Positions 63,783-64,000 of a stretch of DNA of 64,000 nucleotides are shown here, one piece after another. The notes under the pieces are model-generated. The model was given only the letters and a program-made list of their open reading frames with translations. It was not told where the DNA came from and did not search any database. A program made the translations under genes and the position numbers. The stretch's first letter is position 1; each line of letters starts with the position of its first letter. This DNA comes from an uncultured virus (IMG/VR IMGVR_UViG_3300007956_000001) (taxonomy: Duplodnaviria > Heunggongvirae > Uroviricota > Caudoviricetes), in the IMG/VR virus record IMGVR_UViG_3300007956_000001, positions 1 to 64,000 of that record, one strand, 5' to 3'.

Positions 63783-64000
63783 ATGAAAAAGGGTATGAAA
63801 TTAATAAAGCATAATAATTTTATTTACGAATATGAGAATTTTGTTTCTTATGAAGATTGTGATCTTATTGTTGACTTAGTTGAGTCTTGTCCTGATATAC
63901 TATTAAAATATAAATCTGAAAAATCTAAAACTAGATATAATCAAGCAATATCTTTATCTGGTCTTTCATGTGAATCATCACTAATTAAAGAAGCAGACCT
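63783..64000 (+). CDS. Partial ORF, probably a 2OG-Fe(II) oxygenase N-terminus
   Basis: NFIYEYENFVSYEDCD.IV start typical of the family; runs off the window. Confidence 0.45.
   Translation, partial: MKKGMKLIKHNNFIYEYENFVSYEDCDLIVDLVESCPDILLKYKSEKSKTRYNQAISLSGLSCESSLIKEAD

Overview
A 64-kb segment of an AT-rich T4-like cyanophage (cyanomyovirus) genome; the host is probably Synechococcus, inferred from the tRNA set and auxiliary genes. In order: (1) replication and nucleotide module (thyX, phoH, exonuclease, gp33, gp59, gp32); (2) head-completion and baseplate module (gp53 apparently split in two, gp48, gp2, gp4, gp54-like, gp26, gp51), two large proteins with peptidoglycan-hydrolase domains, a hub protein, cp12 and gp5; (3) tail-fibre and structural cluster ending in a 2814-aa fibre with 26 His-x-His motifs; (4) early accessory region (metallopeptidase-vWA plus CobS-like AAA+, purS, talC, denV-like, many small ORFs, five complete and one probable partial 2OG-Fe(II) oxygenase); (5) late-promoter cluster of proteins carrying T4-type capsid-targeting and prohead-protease motifs, one with an HNH-like domain; (6) ten tRNAs (two of them in region 3) including Ile(UAU), two candidate structured ncRNAs, and a PD-(D/E)xK nuclease next to a Dam-like methylase. 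All calls come from motif reading and recall of families; no searches were run.
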